A stretch of 63,009 nucleotides of DNA, the filler included, from Choristocarpus tenellus KU-1152 (Eukaryota > Protista > Phaeophyceae), in the NCBI GenBank assembly GCA_964200185.2. It is 9 parts of 9 records of this genome, joined end to end, with 100 filler letters (N's around TTAATTAATTAA, not from the genome) between each part and the next. Parts side by side here need not be neighbours in the genome. Positions count along the whole stretch, not along the records: positions 1 to 22,879 come from CAXNAD020000274.1; 8 more parts are not named here. The stretch is one strand, 5' to 3'. Positions 1 through 11,625 of the stretch are shown piece by piece (position 1 is the first letter of the stretch; every line of letters begins with the position of its first letter). The position numbers and the translations under genes are program-made. Below the pieces are notes generated by a model, which did no database searches, was not told where the DNA came from, and worked only from the letters and a program-made list of their open reading frames with translations.

Positions 1-133
1 TAACCCTAACCCTAACCCTAACCCTAACCCTAACCCTAACCCTAACCCTAACCCTAACCCTAACCCTAACCCTAACCCTAACCCTAACCCTAACCCTAAC
101 CCTAACCCTAACCCTAACCCTAACCCTAACCCT
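1..133 (+). repeat. Telomeric repeat array (TAACCC)n, C-strand of a left chromosome end
   Basis: Perfect tandem TAACCC hexamers from base 1 to 133, then an abrupt switch to unique sequence (gagtgtagg). Confidence 0.98.
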
Positions 134-1299
134 GAGTGTAGGATGTAGAACTGCTGCTTCTAGTGTTCAATGTGTGTACGTGTATGTGGTAGATAAAATA
201 CATTGTGCCGTACCAAATACTGTCTGTACTTTCTGTATGTTCTATGTATTATATAATGGAGGTAGGCAATGTATTGTTTAAGTGTTGTGTGTACCATGTC
301 GCACAAATCACGTGTATATAATATTAACCACTACTGCACACATACATCTTAATTTGTCTTGTGAGAAACATGGTGATGTGCAGAAAGCATTGATGATTAC
401 ATTTTTCATATTGATTGTTGGTCAAGGAGCTGACGTAGTCAGTGGAAGGTGGCTGTAAAGTCTATCACCCCTCAGACCAGCTAAACCCTTGAGAAGGGGT
501 AGAAATGTGCCCATGCTATAAAGAGGTTTCGCCAAGGTTGGTGAAGGTGGAACTGCTCACCATCATAGGCACATAAGGTAGTTCCAAGTTAACCACATCA
601 AATCAAAATTGATGCCATTGCACGGGTCCTTGCATGCATCTACTTGTACTTGTTTGGAATTTGTGTTTTGTCCTACACGCACATCTTAGTCTCAAGGTTG
701 AAAGAACAAATGAGTATATATCACCTCATGATTCTCTGCAACTTCCTGATATGTGTGGACAAATGCACATCTCAAATCACTTGTTTCATGTGCACGTAAG
801 AAACTTAAAATACAGTTCCCTCTATGGATGTAATTCAAGCAGTGTTGCAACGCGGCGAATATGAAGCTTTGCCAAATGAGAATATTCAACCTAATCATCA
901 GAAAATATCTCTGATCCTAGCCATGGATGCTCACTTCTATCAGCCTATCATGTTGGGAAGGGTACTACAGTTGGCCTGCAGTACACTGCTCTAGGAGAGG
1001 GTGAATACAGTCCCACTGCTATGAGCAAAACCTGTTGATTGGAGGCCAGCAGAACAGCCTCAGAAAGCTAATGCAGTGATCAAATACAGATAAGCAAGTG
1101 GTATCCGTTGTGCACCGGGAACGTAGTCATCAGTTCTCCCCCTGCTACTTCCCTTCAAAGTAATGCTTCTGGAGTGGTGTTGCCATGGGGCAGAGTGAAG
1201 TGCAGCTCTTTGATAGATTAGATGTGTACAAGACAATCTACACGTTTGACCTCCTATGTCAGGCGCTCGTTTGATTCGTTTCAGATGTACTTGCCCCAG

Positions 1300-4200
1300 T
1301 TACACCAAATTTTTGGCAATGGTTAGGGAAGAAGCCGAAGCCCTCGACAGTGCTTTGACAGACTCCCTCCGTCCCTGATTTTAAAGTACACAAAATTCTA
1401 ACATGGTTGGAGCTTGTCTATCAAACATTTTGATCTGTTATCACGTTTGAGGTGACCCTTTCCACTCTTTGGTACACATAAAATCACACTCAGCAGTACT
1501 GCATTTCTCATATATCAATGCTCATTTTGTTTCACGGGGACTGGACAACAAGAAATGTCAGCTTGAGAATCTGTACAATACCAAGAGGTAAAACCTAATT
1601 GAATTGAAGAAACAACCCATATTGAAGTCCAAAACCATTGTCAATATTGCAAACTACCTAGCATCTGACACCTATTTTGTACATTAAGATTAAATGCATA
1701 CACTTATACCTCCTCCATCTTGTCCATACTGTTGACGCAGTCTTCTGCAACCTTAGATGTCCTTCGGACTGCAGAAATACTCTGACGCAAACTCTTCATG
1801 ACACCCTCAACTTCGTCCCTGCCATAGCATGGAGTACATAGTGCATTTTCGATTATCTGGTTGAGGAAGGTGAAAGGTTTAAGCTATGAAAATGTTTGCT
1901 GAAGAATATAGTTTCAGTCTTTCTGCTTTGTCGTCAGTAGACACCAGTAGCCCAAAAAAATATACACCAAAGATTCACAACTCACAAGGATACCCTCTTT
2001 GTAGCAGCACGGTTGAAAGTAGGGTTGATACCCTGTGGCTGAGGTGCCTCTAGATCCCATTGTTCCATTGGACCGTCAGAGTCCATCTTGTGCAAGGTCA
2101 GCTTGAAGGTTTTGGGACTGTTGCCGTTTGATTGATCAGCCTGCTCAAGCTGGAAGTGTGAAGGCTCATTCGATGAGGAAATGAATTAAGAACATTTTAC
2201 AGATGTTTGAGTTTGAACAACTTGGTCACACATTCCAAATATAAGGGTGGACGCTTTCTAGTGAGTCAAAGTAGATGAGAGAGGCCCAGAGTTGCATTTT
2301 AAGGATGCCGGCAAGCATGTGTAAAATACATCATTTTTTGCAAATACGTATAGGATACTATATGCATTGTGTCAAAACGTTTCAGACAACAGAGAAACCA
2401 ACTCTCTAATGTAAAACTTAGCACTTCATCCATAGAAATATGAGTGAATTTCGAAAGATTGAAAAACTAGCATATAATGCAAAATAGCCAAAAACTGGGT
2501 ACCTCTCGCTTGCTTAGGACCAGTTCAAGAATCTTTCGCTTTCAAGATTAGGTTGATAAGCCTTTGATGTGGTTGAACTTCAAACTTCTTCAACTTGCAG
2601 TCTAGTGAATGTGCTTGGAGTTCACTACTACTGATTCAATTCGCCACCCAGTTTGGACCTTTTAATTGTTAATATAGAGAGGACCAAGATTCATGTTCCA
2701 CATCTCACTTTCCAGCAAAGACCCTAGCTCATCAAACATTGAACTCCAGGTATCTTGCCAACCATGTGCAATTTGACTAACATACAGGTATTGTTCTTTG
2801 CACATCTAGTTTACAGGAGTACGTGACCCTTGCCATTTCGACTACCAATACACAGTTACAACTATCATGGTCCATGATATTTTCGTTTATCAGACAGAGT
2901 CGGTTTGGTACTGGGTCAAGACAGAGCTACAACAATGTAGGTACATTCCAATCATAGATTCTATCACTGTAACAACTATCCATACAAAGAAAACCAGGGC
3001 TTTTCATTGGGCAGGCAGTTAGCATGTCCACTGTGGCTATATGACTGGGGGTCAGGCTGCAGCTCAGTCATATTGAAAAGGTTGATGGTTTTGGATTCGG
3101 ACATATCAGAACTTCGTTGTAAAAAGCCAACCATCAGCCCTGGTCGTGTTGAGTAGTGACCGCCATGGACTTGTCCATATTCCAACTTAGTTGTACATGA
3201 CAGGACAGTGGACCTAGTCAGGTTGGGTAGTGACAACCATAGACTCGGCCATGATAGAGTATTTTATCAATGGCTGACCAAGTACATATATTTCTTACAA
3301 TCTCACTGGCTGCCTCATTGCTATGAGTCACTAGTTACTATTCACTCTACTCATATCTTGTATCCTATCATACTACAAGTGTAAGAATTAAACACAACAT
3401 AACATATTAATTGATATTTCTGTACCAGACACAGACAGGTAAAAGTTCCAAGCGGACATGCTTCGGACATTGTGCGGACATGATAGAGAACGCTAGACCA
3501 GAGGACATCAACCAGTACAATTCCCAATGAGTCGAAGCTTTTAAGAGGGTAGAATCACGTCTATTTGGGGTCCAAAATCCAATGTTACAATTTTGATGTA
3601 GTTTTTGTTATTGTGTTCGTTAGCAAGTGTCAATATCCTTGCTCCGGACACACCTTTCATAGTCATATACATTCTACCTACTCTGAAATGTTTCGAAAAC
3701 AGAAAAAGGGTATAAAACACCAGTGGGAAACCAAGCCCCGAACAGACAAACAGGGCAAAACTCCTACCCTTTTAAATGTTTTGGGTCAATAGACATGGTT
3801 CGGACATGTTAGAGAATGGTTAACCCGGTCCAACCAGTGGACATGTACCAGCTCCACACTTAGTGAACATGGACTGGGATACGATTGAAAAAATGGCAGG
3901 ACTGGTCCAGCAGGCGGATGGTACCATTGTAATTTGCCAGTCTGGTAAAAAGCCCTAAAAAGCATTACAAAGTATGGTATTTAGATTCTCCATCTATCAA
4001 AAAATCCAAGCAGAAAATTTCTCCCTCACCTGAATCCTCTTCATGACAAATGATACGGTGGCCTTCCTTGTAACCTCAGCCAACACTTGTTCAGGTGTCA
4101 TAGATAGAGTCTGAACCTGCCCTTGTCCTGCTGCTTTGACCTGGAAATCATATGCGGAGGTTTTCAGACATTTCTTTTTCCCCAAATATCAAGTCATTCT

Positions 4201-7200
4201 TGCAAAAAGGTTACTCTTCAAAATGCACAAATATTTTGCCTGTGTTTAAGGCGTAGAGGTTAGGGTTAGGGTTTATGACTTGATCAACACCAAACAAGTA
4301 TAATTCATGACTGAGACCTCAAGGTTGGCTGAAAGCATGCCAAGCCACATTGGTTACAGTAATAGGTTACAAAACTTAATAAAGACGAAATGGGTTAAAA
4401 CAGAGAACAGCAAAAACTGGCCTTGTTCCACAGCTGTGATGAAATAATGCATCTTTGCGTTGAAAATATGCTCAGCAGAAGTATGAACACAAGAAGGTAG
4501 AGAAATATAGCCTTGGTCACTAATATTTGACCCTGAAAACATTGAGTTTGAAATTCAAATCAAAATACTGCAAACTGTATTTGGCCCTCTGGCTACCCAC
4601 CTCCTTCTCCAACTTTTCCTTGCTAAGCCTCTCAAGAACCTTATCGAGAGGCACCCATAAAACGTCCAATTTCTCATTGGAGTCGATGTCGTAGGCAAGC
4701 ACCTAGAATGTGATAGTGAGATATTTTGTTTCGTGGCAGTTATTGGTTAGACTGGCTTAGTCTTTCCTTGTCTTGCACAAGCTATTGTATAGTTAAGCTC
4801 TTTTGCTACTCTGAGGTTTTCATAACAGTTTGACATCAGGCAATCAATCCAGGTTTAAAGTGAAGTCTGCACCACATCTCACAGGAACATTGAAAATCTT
4901 GGATACAAATGAAAATGACGATGTGTGAAAACTGTGCAAGTGATCATATTGCCTCAAGACAGTGTGGTAATCTTATTAGTGGACCAACCTTGGTACCGGG
5001 CTCAAATATTTTTTTAGTGGCCAGTACAACAGCATCCCCAATTTTGCTGTTCTAATGACTATTATAATTCTCATTTCAGTTCTATGTTGCAGCTCCTCCC
5101 ACAGGGAAAATATTTTGAGGTGAAGCACTGCAGGGCATGCACTCTTGCCTAGAGAGTTAGCTACCACTGGTAGAGCTCCTACAGCTCTAATAGTCAACTG
5201 CACAGAGTAGTGGTCAAAGTCAGGAACAATTTGAAATTCCGTCCTACAGCATAACAATCCACTCATTCTCGCCACACCATGTTGGGTTAGATGCAGTAGG
5301 TGATTTGGTATATGGTTAGGGTTGGAAAAATATTGTCCCGAGCTTGCTAGGCAATATTGAAATCACATATCTCATCACGTGCTTGTGCAATGCACAACTC
5401 TAAGAATTTTACTGGGAAAAATATCGACAAATTGATATGAATTCCTGGATCTTGATTGGCCAGCTATCATGTCCACCTCGTATGTTTGTTCTGACAAAAG
5501 TTACAAGTATCAGCAGCTTTTTATCCAGCTATATCAATACCCAGTTTTAAAAAATATATTATTATATGCTGACAAAATCACTGATGATGTATGATGATAA
5601 TAGTACTTCTTGTTGAAGAAAAGATAGGTTTGTAATTGGATTTCTGGATGGACAGGAGATTGATACAGAAGGGAGTGGGTAGAAAGATTCAGCGTGACTT
5701 TGTATTGAGAGAAAGTAAACGAAAGGTACCCAGAGTTGTATATTAAGGATTCCAGCAATATGTCCAAAATTCGACTTTATACAAATTGGTATATAGGATA
5801 TTTTCTGAATTGTGTCAAAAACTTGCAAACAATAGAGAAATCTACCCACTCAAGTCAAACTTTGCACTTCATCCATAGAAATAACAATATGAGTGAATTG
5901 CAAAAGATTGAAGAACTGGCTTTAAAAAGAATAAGCTTAAGAAAAAGAACTGCAAAATGGGCAAATCTGGGTACCTCTTGTTTTACTCTGGCTTACTACC
6001 CCTGCCCACCTTTCTTGAAATCTTAGTGGTAGTGTGATACATGATCTGGTTCAAAATAAAGGTATACCTGTGAAACAATGTAGTGCACCCAGTCACCGCT
6101 CATTGATAGCACTCACACTGGCAAGGATTTCTACATAATATAGAATCACTATGCATATAATCTGGACAACAACCAAGACGGGATCTATATTTTTCAAGAA
6201 AAGTAGTTCAGGATGTAAACAAAGAATTTTCTTCTTAGAGGGCACAGTTGCACAAACATATCATCGAGGTTGCTTGGCACAAACAAGGGTCTGCAACCGA
6301 TAAACCTTCCTTAGCATGATGGCATACCTGGAGGACATTTTCTTGTTCATGCTTCTGCATGAAAATCTCGACATCTTTTTTGATGCGCCAGAAAAGCTTG
6401 GTGCCTGAATACACTATCTTACATGTGGTGTCAGGTCCTTGGGTCCCTTGTCCCTTGTCCTGCTGTTGTTCTGTTGGTTTCATATGCTGAGAAGAAAAGT
6501 TCAAGTGCTGGTCACGTTTTGCTTCACTTGAGAAGACAATCTGGCACAAAGGACTGTAGATGGAAAAGGTTAAGCATCAAGTGCATTAGATTCCCAAGTA
6601 CCTCTTAGTGGCAACAATAGTGTGATATATTTTACCATACTTGACCTCAAATTGTGGCTATCAATATTCCCGTCTAGTACTCGAGAAACAGTGTTCCTGG
6701 GGAGATTTCTCTCTTGAACTGCTTAGTTAGTGATGATATGGTCAGCTTCGAAAATTGATAGGTGCATCTGGATATGGATAGACCACTTATTGTACTTCGA
6801 TTTTTCATGTTGGATCAGACATACGGAATATCTACATTTCGGAGAGTGGAATTAATGATTTGTAGGTATAAAAACACCTTAGACACACCATGAGGGCTGC
6901 TGTGTCACAGACTCCCAGCTGTCTCCTTCAATGCCTGGGTCAGGTGGTCCTGTTGCGAGAGCAGCAGCAGATATTGCTGCTACTTCAGATGTGACCTCTC
7001 CAGGCAGAGAAACCTCTGGAGGTGGTGTCTAGTATCCATGCCAGCAGTTGGGGTCAAGGGAGAGGGAAAGTGAGGAAAGCTTGTCCCTTAGTTTGAACCA
7101 GGGTACGCCATGGTATTCATTGAGGTTGTACTTTGTGGTGCTACCTATTCTGCATCAAAATTGATTTAATGATGATTTTGTCTATGCCTCTGCAATAAAA

Positions 7201-8298
7201 TGTGCAGCACATTCTTCGACAGGGTTGAATGTTGCTACTCCTTGAATTTGTTGTGCTGTGTCTTTGTCACCCACCGACTAGACAATTGCGTTATACCTTA
7301 CTGTTTCTTTTCTCCTCATGCTGCCCAAGTATACTATAAAGCAGGGTAAATGAAGTAGTGCGGTAGGTAGTATAAGTTTATACCTATAATTCCTTATCTC
7401 GTTGAAGGAATCAAACACCATTTGTTCAAAATCTTGCGATTGTGGTGGGTGCCGCACAAAATTTAGAGTGAAAACCTCAATAATAGCTTGTTCATAGATT
7501 TTTCGTCATACCCGTTAGAAAGCCTTACCGTAGCTCCTAAGTATGACCTCCTGCGGCCCATCGTTGGCTTGCTACCACGTCTACCTCCTTGAGAGCTGCG
7601 AGGGCGAGGATTTAAGGCATCCTCCTTTGCTCCGGGGGCAGATGCTGGGCGATTGTCACCAATGTTGCTGCTACGTCGACTGGTAGAACCTCGCCTGTGC
7701 ACAGTTTTCCGTTTGAAATCCGGACCAAATATGGGGGAACAGGCTATTATAACCAAGAGACAGTGGGGATTGAATGCTGGTTAGCAAAACCAGGGGTACT
7801 CAGGGATTGGCTGTTGAGGAGAATTCCAGGAGATTCCGCAGGAGTTGTCATACCCAGCAGACAACGAATGTCCTACCAATTATTATGATAGATACACTTT
7901 TTCGTGCAATACTAGCCTGTCGGGAGTCATATCGGCACTGCTGGGAGGTAGCCTCTCGCCATATGATCTACGCTCTGGGCTTGGGTCACAACCCGAAGTT
8001 TGCTCGTTTGCTGTCCCAATAGGTTCGGCTTTATCCGTGTTCGCATTGGCACTCGCTTCTGATGGACATGTAACAATGAAAGAAATGAGGGATCGAAGCA
8101 GGAACGATTGTAGATTGCGTAAGCTACAGGGCTCCACTATGAGTGCTATATATTGTGAGCACCTTCGCTGCTGACCCCCTTCGTAACGATCTTCTTCATG
8201 TGAGCGAGGAGTTGCTCATCGCTCATTTTTGCAGCCCCTTTCTCGTATTCTAAACGAAGAACTGTTGGGTCTACCCCTATTGACCCCGCTGCACCCAT
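1300..8298 (-). CDS. Spliced gene (about 11 exons, about 460 aa): putative N-myristoylated protein with a single C2H2 zinc finger; function unknown
   Basis: Phase-consistent exons on the minus strand: 8298-8163, 8058-7917, 7694-7529, 7320-7297, 7028-6889, 6553-6328, 4702-4601, 4140-4030, 2149-1986, 1818-1710, 1374-1300. The protein starts MGAAGS (G2/S6 myristoylation consensus). The zinc finger C-PLC-QIVFSSEAKRDQH-LNFSSQH spans the exon 5/6 junction and is followed by CKIVYSGTKLFWRIKKDVEIF. Intron 2 needs a GC donor (AG|gctagt). The 3' end (stop at 1300 versus further exons) is uncertain. Confidence 0.8.
2263..2521. mobile_element. MITE family A (TIR GAGT(C/G)AAAGTAAA..GAGAGGTACCCAG), degenerate copy
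   Basis: Ends are gagtcaaagtagatgagagaggcccag and ctgggtacctctcgcttgc. The internal sequence (acttcatccatagaaatatgagtgaatt) is shared with the copies at 5707, 52647 and 62494. Confidence 0.65.
2995..3956. mobile_element. Degenerate non-autonomous TIR element with CAGGGC/TAGGGC termini (hAT-like?), carrying a nested MITE B
   Basis: cagggcttttcattgggcaggcag at 2995 is imperfectly inverted to ttgccagtctggtaaaaagcccta at about 3933-3956. Related sequence lies in reverse orientation near 33640-33695. Confidence 0.35.
3529..3787. mobile_element. MITE family B (TIR GAGTCAAAGTATCTTAGAGGGTA-like), 3-bp TSD AAT
   Basis: Imperfect TIRs, AAT on both flanks, and the core aaatccaatgtt..aattttg shared with the copies at 28946, 29831 and 42946. 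Confidence 0.75.
5707..5993. mobile_element. MITE family A copy
   Basis: gagagaaagtaaacgaaaggtacccag ... ctgggtacctcttgttttactctggc, with the family A internal core. Confidence 0.75.
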
Positions 8299-8589
8299 GG
8301 GTTTTTGCTCTTTCGTGACGTCGAAATTGTGCACTCTTACAGACGATGGACGTCTAGTTGTTTTTAGTTTATGGATGGATCTACTAGTGTCAGAGAGAGT
8401 AGGGGATATGTGTGAGGTGTGTTGGTTTGGTTGGAACCGTATTTTTGAGTTTGATGATTGGGTGAGAAATTAGTGTCTAACCATACATAGAATCAACACG
8501 AATAAATTCAAAAACTCCACCAAACTCCATTTTATATTACTTTCTCACTTCTCTCAACTGTACAGCAATGGCGTGATATCTGGGCAAGG
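8299..8589. promoter_or_regulatory. Short divergent (bidirectional) promoter region between the zinc-finger gene and RIF1
   Basis: Only 291 bp separate the ATG at 8298 (-) from the ATG at 8590 (+). No specific elements are identified. Confidence 0.6.
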
Positions 8590-11588
8590 ATGGAGGACCA
8601 GGTCTTACGACTTCTTCAGGAGGGGGATGGCTCACTTAGAGGAGATGCCGCTCGGGTAGAGGCTTACATGTCACTCCAATCCATCCTCTTGAATGAACAA
8701 GACAATCACCATGTCAAGATAATTGGAAAGCACAGAAGTGCCTTTCTACCTGTTCTCGTGAGAGGTGAGGCATTGATGCCTAGATCTAGTGCACATGAAC
8801 ATGTGACCTGAGATTGATACATCGTCCATGGTGCTAGTGGTACTTTTTTTGTACTAACCTCACTTACGATTTATTAAATCGCTCAAGCAGATTGTGTGAA
8901 AGGAAGCTCAGACGTAAGACGTCTTGCCATGTACCAGATAGGCCATCTTGCCATGCTTGCGAATGCCATCCCACCTCTTGGACCAGATCAGGTGTGCATC
9001 TTCCGTAACTACCCCCCGTGTCGAGCGATTATCCCGCACAAGAATGGAAGAAAGTGGTTGGGCCATGCACCCTCTGTTCTATGAAGATATGTAAATGTTG
9101 CTTTACACTGTCCTGACTCCTACGGTTGTGGAGATGCCCATCAATGTGACATCCCCGACTGTCGCAGGCCAATTGCTAACACCCATGCGCCTGTTGTATG
9201 TCCATATCCTCAGCGGTCACTGCTTTGGAACACTGTGGCTAGGGTCATTGAAGAGGGGCGTGACAGGCAAACCACAGTTGCAGCTCTCTTCGCTGTATCG
9301 AATCAAACCATGAACAGTCAAGGTTTGTGATGAGGTATCTCGGTCGAAGATTGATAGAAATTTGGAATGCAGATAGGACTGGTGTATTTGCTTCCCTTGA
9401 CTGCAAGAATCTTCATGCTTGAATAAACCCTTGGAACAGTATGAGTTGGACTACCATTAATGTAGTGCATGCTTTCTTTTCCGACTTAAAGAAAAACACG
9501 TACAGTGAAATTTAACCTTGGTCCAGTGATAGGGGGATCAATGAATTCTGCTTTAAACCATTTCGTAACTCACTCAAGACAATGTTTGAGGACGGAAAGG
9601 AAAATACAGGGTTAGTGGGGCACTTCTGAATACCCACAATAATTCATACTTGTGATTCCGTTTTCAATGTCCGTTTGGTAATTGAAGATATTGTTTGTCG
9701 AGCAATACCAGGAAGAGCAGTGTCAAGTGCCATCACTATGTTATTGTGTCAAGGTAGTCTTCACTGGCTCATGCTAACCTCACACGAGTTGAAGCAGTGT
9801 TCTTCGTTACAGCTTTCATCCGACAAGCCCCTCATTTACACTACAGTGTTTCATCCAGAATGCTTGTGATTTACTGGTTACATTTGTTCTGTATGTTCCT
9901 GCGAAACTGGCACCAATCAGCAAGCCAGCAAAATGGCCAGTCTCAATAAATTGCTGAGGTAGCACTCTCCATATCCAGTAGGTGTGTGTACAGGAACAAC
10001 AATAGCTTGAGAGGCGTAAGGATTACCCGCATTGATAGGCAAATTGATGCAAGGGCTTAGAGAGATGACAGACTTGGATAAGTGCTCTGTTTTGCAGCCA
10101 AAACCCTTCAACCCTGCATCCCTCCCATGAACCTCATTCTATACAAATATATATATTTTTATTTCATTAATGTTGATTATCTTACTTGATAGTGATGTCA
10201 ACCATTGGTTGCATCTGTCCTGAGGACATACTCACAGAGGAATTCCACAATTTTAAGTTGTTGCACAGTTCTAGTACTTCAGTTCTACCAAACCCTAATC
10301 CTAACCCTAACCCTAGCTCAAAATACGAGCCTGTCGCTGACACAAGAGTGTTCATCTGGTTTACTGTAGCACTGTCAAGATAGAGAGGCACATGTTGACA
10401 TAGTTGTGGTATGTCAGGACATGGGATTTTGTAGGTATCAGGGTAGCCATGTACTCTATTCGTAACACCTAAGCTAGCCTTGCCCTCACACATGACTGAC
10501 ATGTACGACTGTGCTTCTTGGCATCACCATACCACAGCTCTTGCACCATTTGCACCACTGCTGGCTGCTGCTGTGGCAAAGGCAATGTCACATGAGAGTA
10601 CCTGCATTCGGAAGGAGGCATCCACAGCTGTACATCGCCTCCTCGGGATTGTTCCACAGGATATGATGCAGTGCAGTTTGGGGGGCACCATCACACCCCT
10701 CAGCATGGTGAGACAAGCTTACTGTTTATTCGCTAGTTTATGGTTGCAATTATTTCGGCATAGTTTACAGATCTTGTCAAGGTGGTCAAAAATCAAATAA
10801 TATCGTTTTCATTGTGACTGGGTAGATGATATGGTTAGGGCAGGTGCCATTTGTTGGCATGACTCTTGGTAGGACAGGTTTAGGGAAGACAACCTTGGTT
10901 TGGCATGTTGTCACTTAATCTGAATTGCCCTTATTCCTAACCTCACCATTCACTGGCTGGTATTATCACAACAGGACGTAGGCTGGGCACCAGCCTTACT
11001 CCGTCTCTGTCTTGATCCTGCACCTGGGGTGAGAGTAGAAGCGCTGGAGGCTGGAAGGCGTGCAGTGTTGTGCCTGAAGGGGTTTAAGGGAATGGGAATG
11101 TGGGTTATGGGTCGACTGAGAGATGGCAGCCTTTTCCACGATGTCGAGAGGTGAGGCATTTGTTCTAGCCACCTGGGAGTACACATTGTTCTTGAGAAAT
11201 AGAGCATTGGCATTGTCAGTCACACTGGCTGCCATAATTAGTCGATTTGAATACTTTGGGACATGTGATTCCTTCCTAAAATGCCATATTTTGAGTATAA
11301 ACCTCTTTCATGGTCATTGTGGCCATTGATGTGTCGTGCCTGCTGTTTTAAATTGCATCTGTTCACAATGCCAGATGTACAAGACCACGTAGATACATCA
11401 CAAAGATATATGTATATATAGGGTTAGGGTTAGGGTTATATATATCATGATACTGAAGAAATCAGCTGAAGCATATTACCTTGAAGTATGTAATTGTTGT
11501 AATAATATGTAAGTATAGCTCAACAGCGTGTTGAATCCTCACTCAAACTTTGAAAGGAGTTGGCCTGTGGAGGTGTGAGGTGGAAACA

Positions 11589-11625
<37 letters not shown>

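Noticed and set aside
9261-9275. GC donor in RIF1 exon 3 and an extra exon at 9712-9752
   Set aside because: The frame reads on through a Rif1-like segment to a GT donor at 9323, which joins exon 4 directly.
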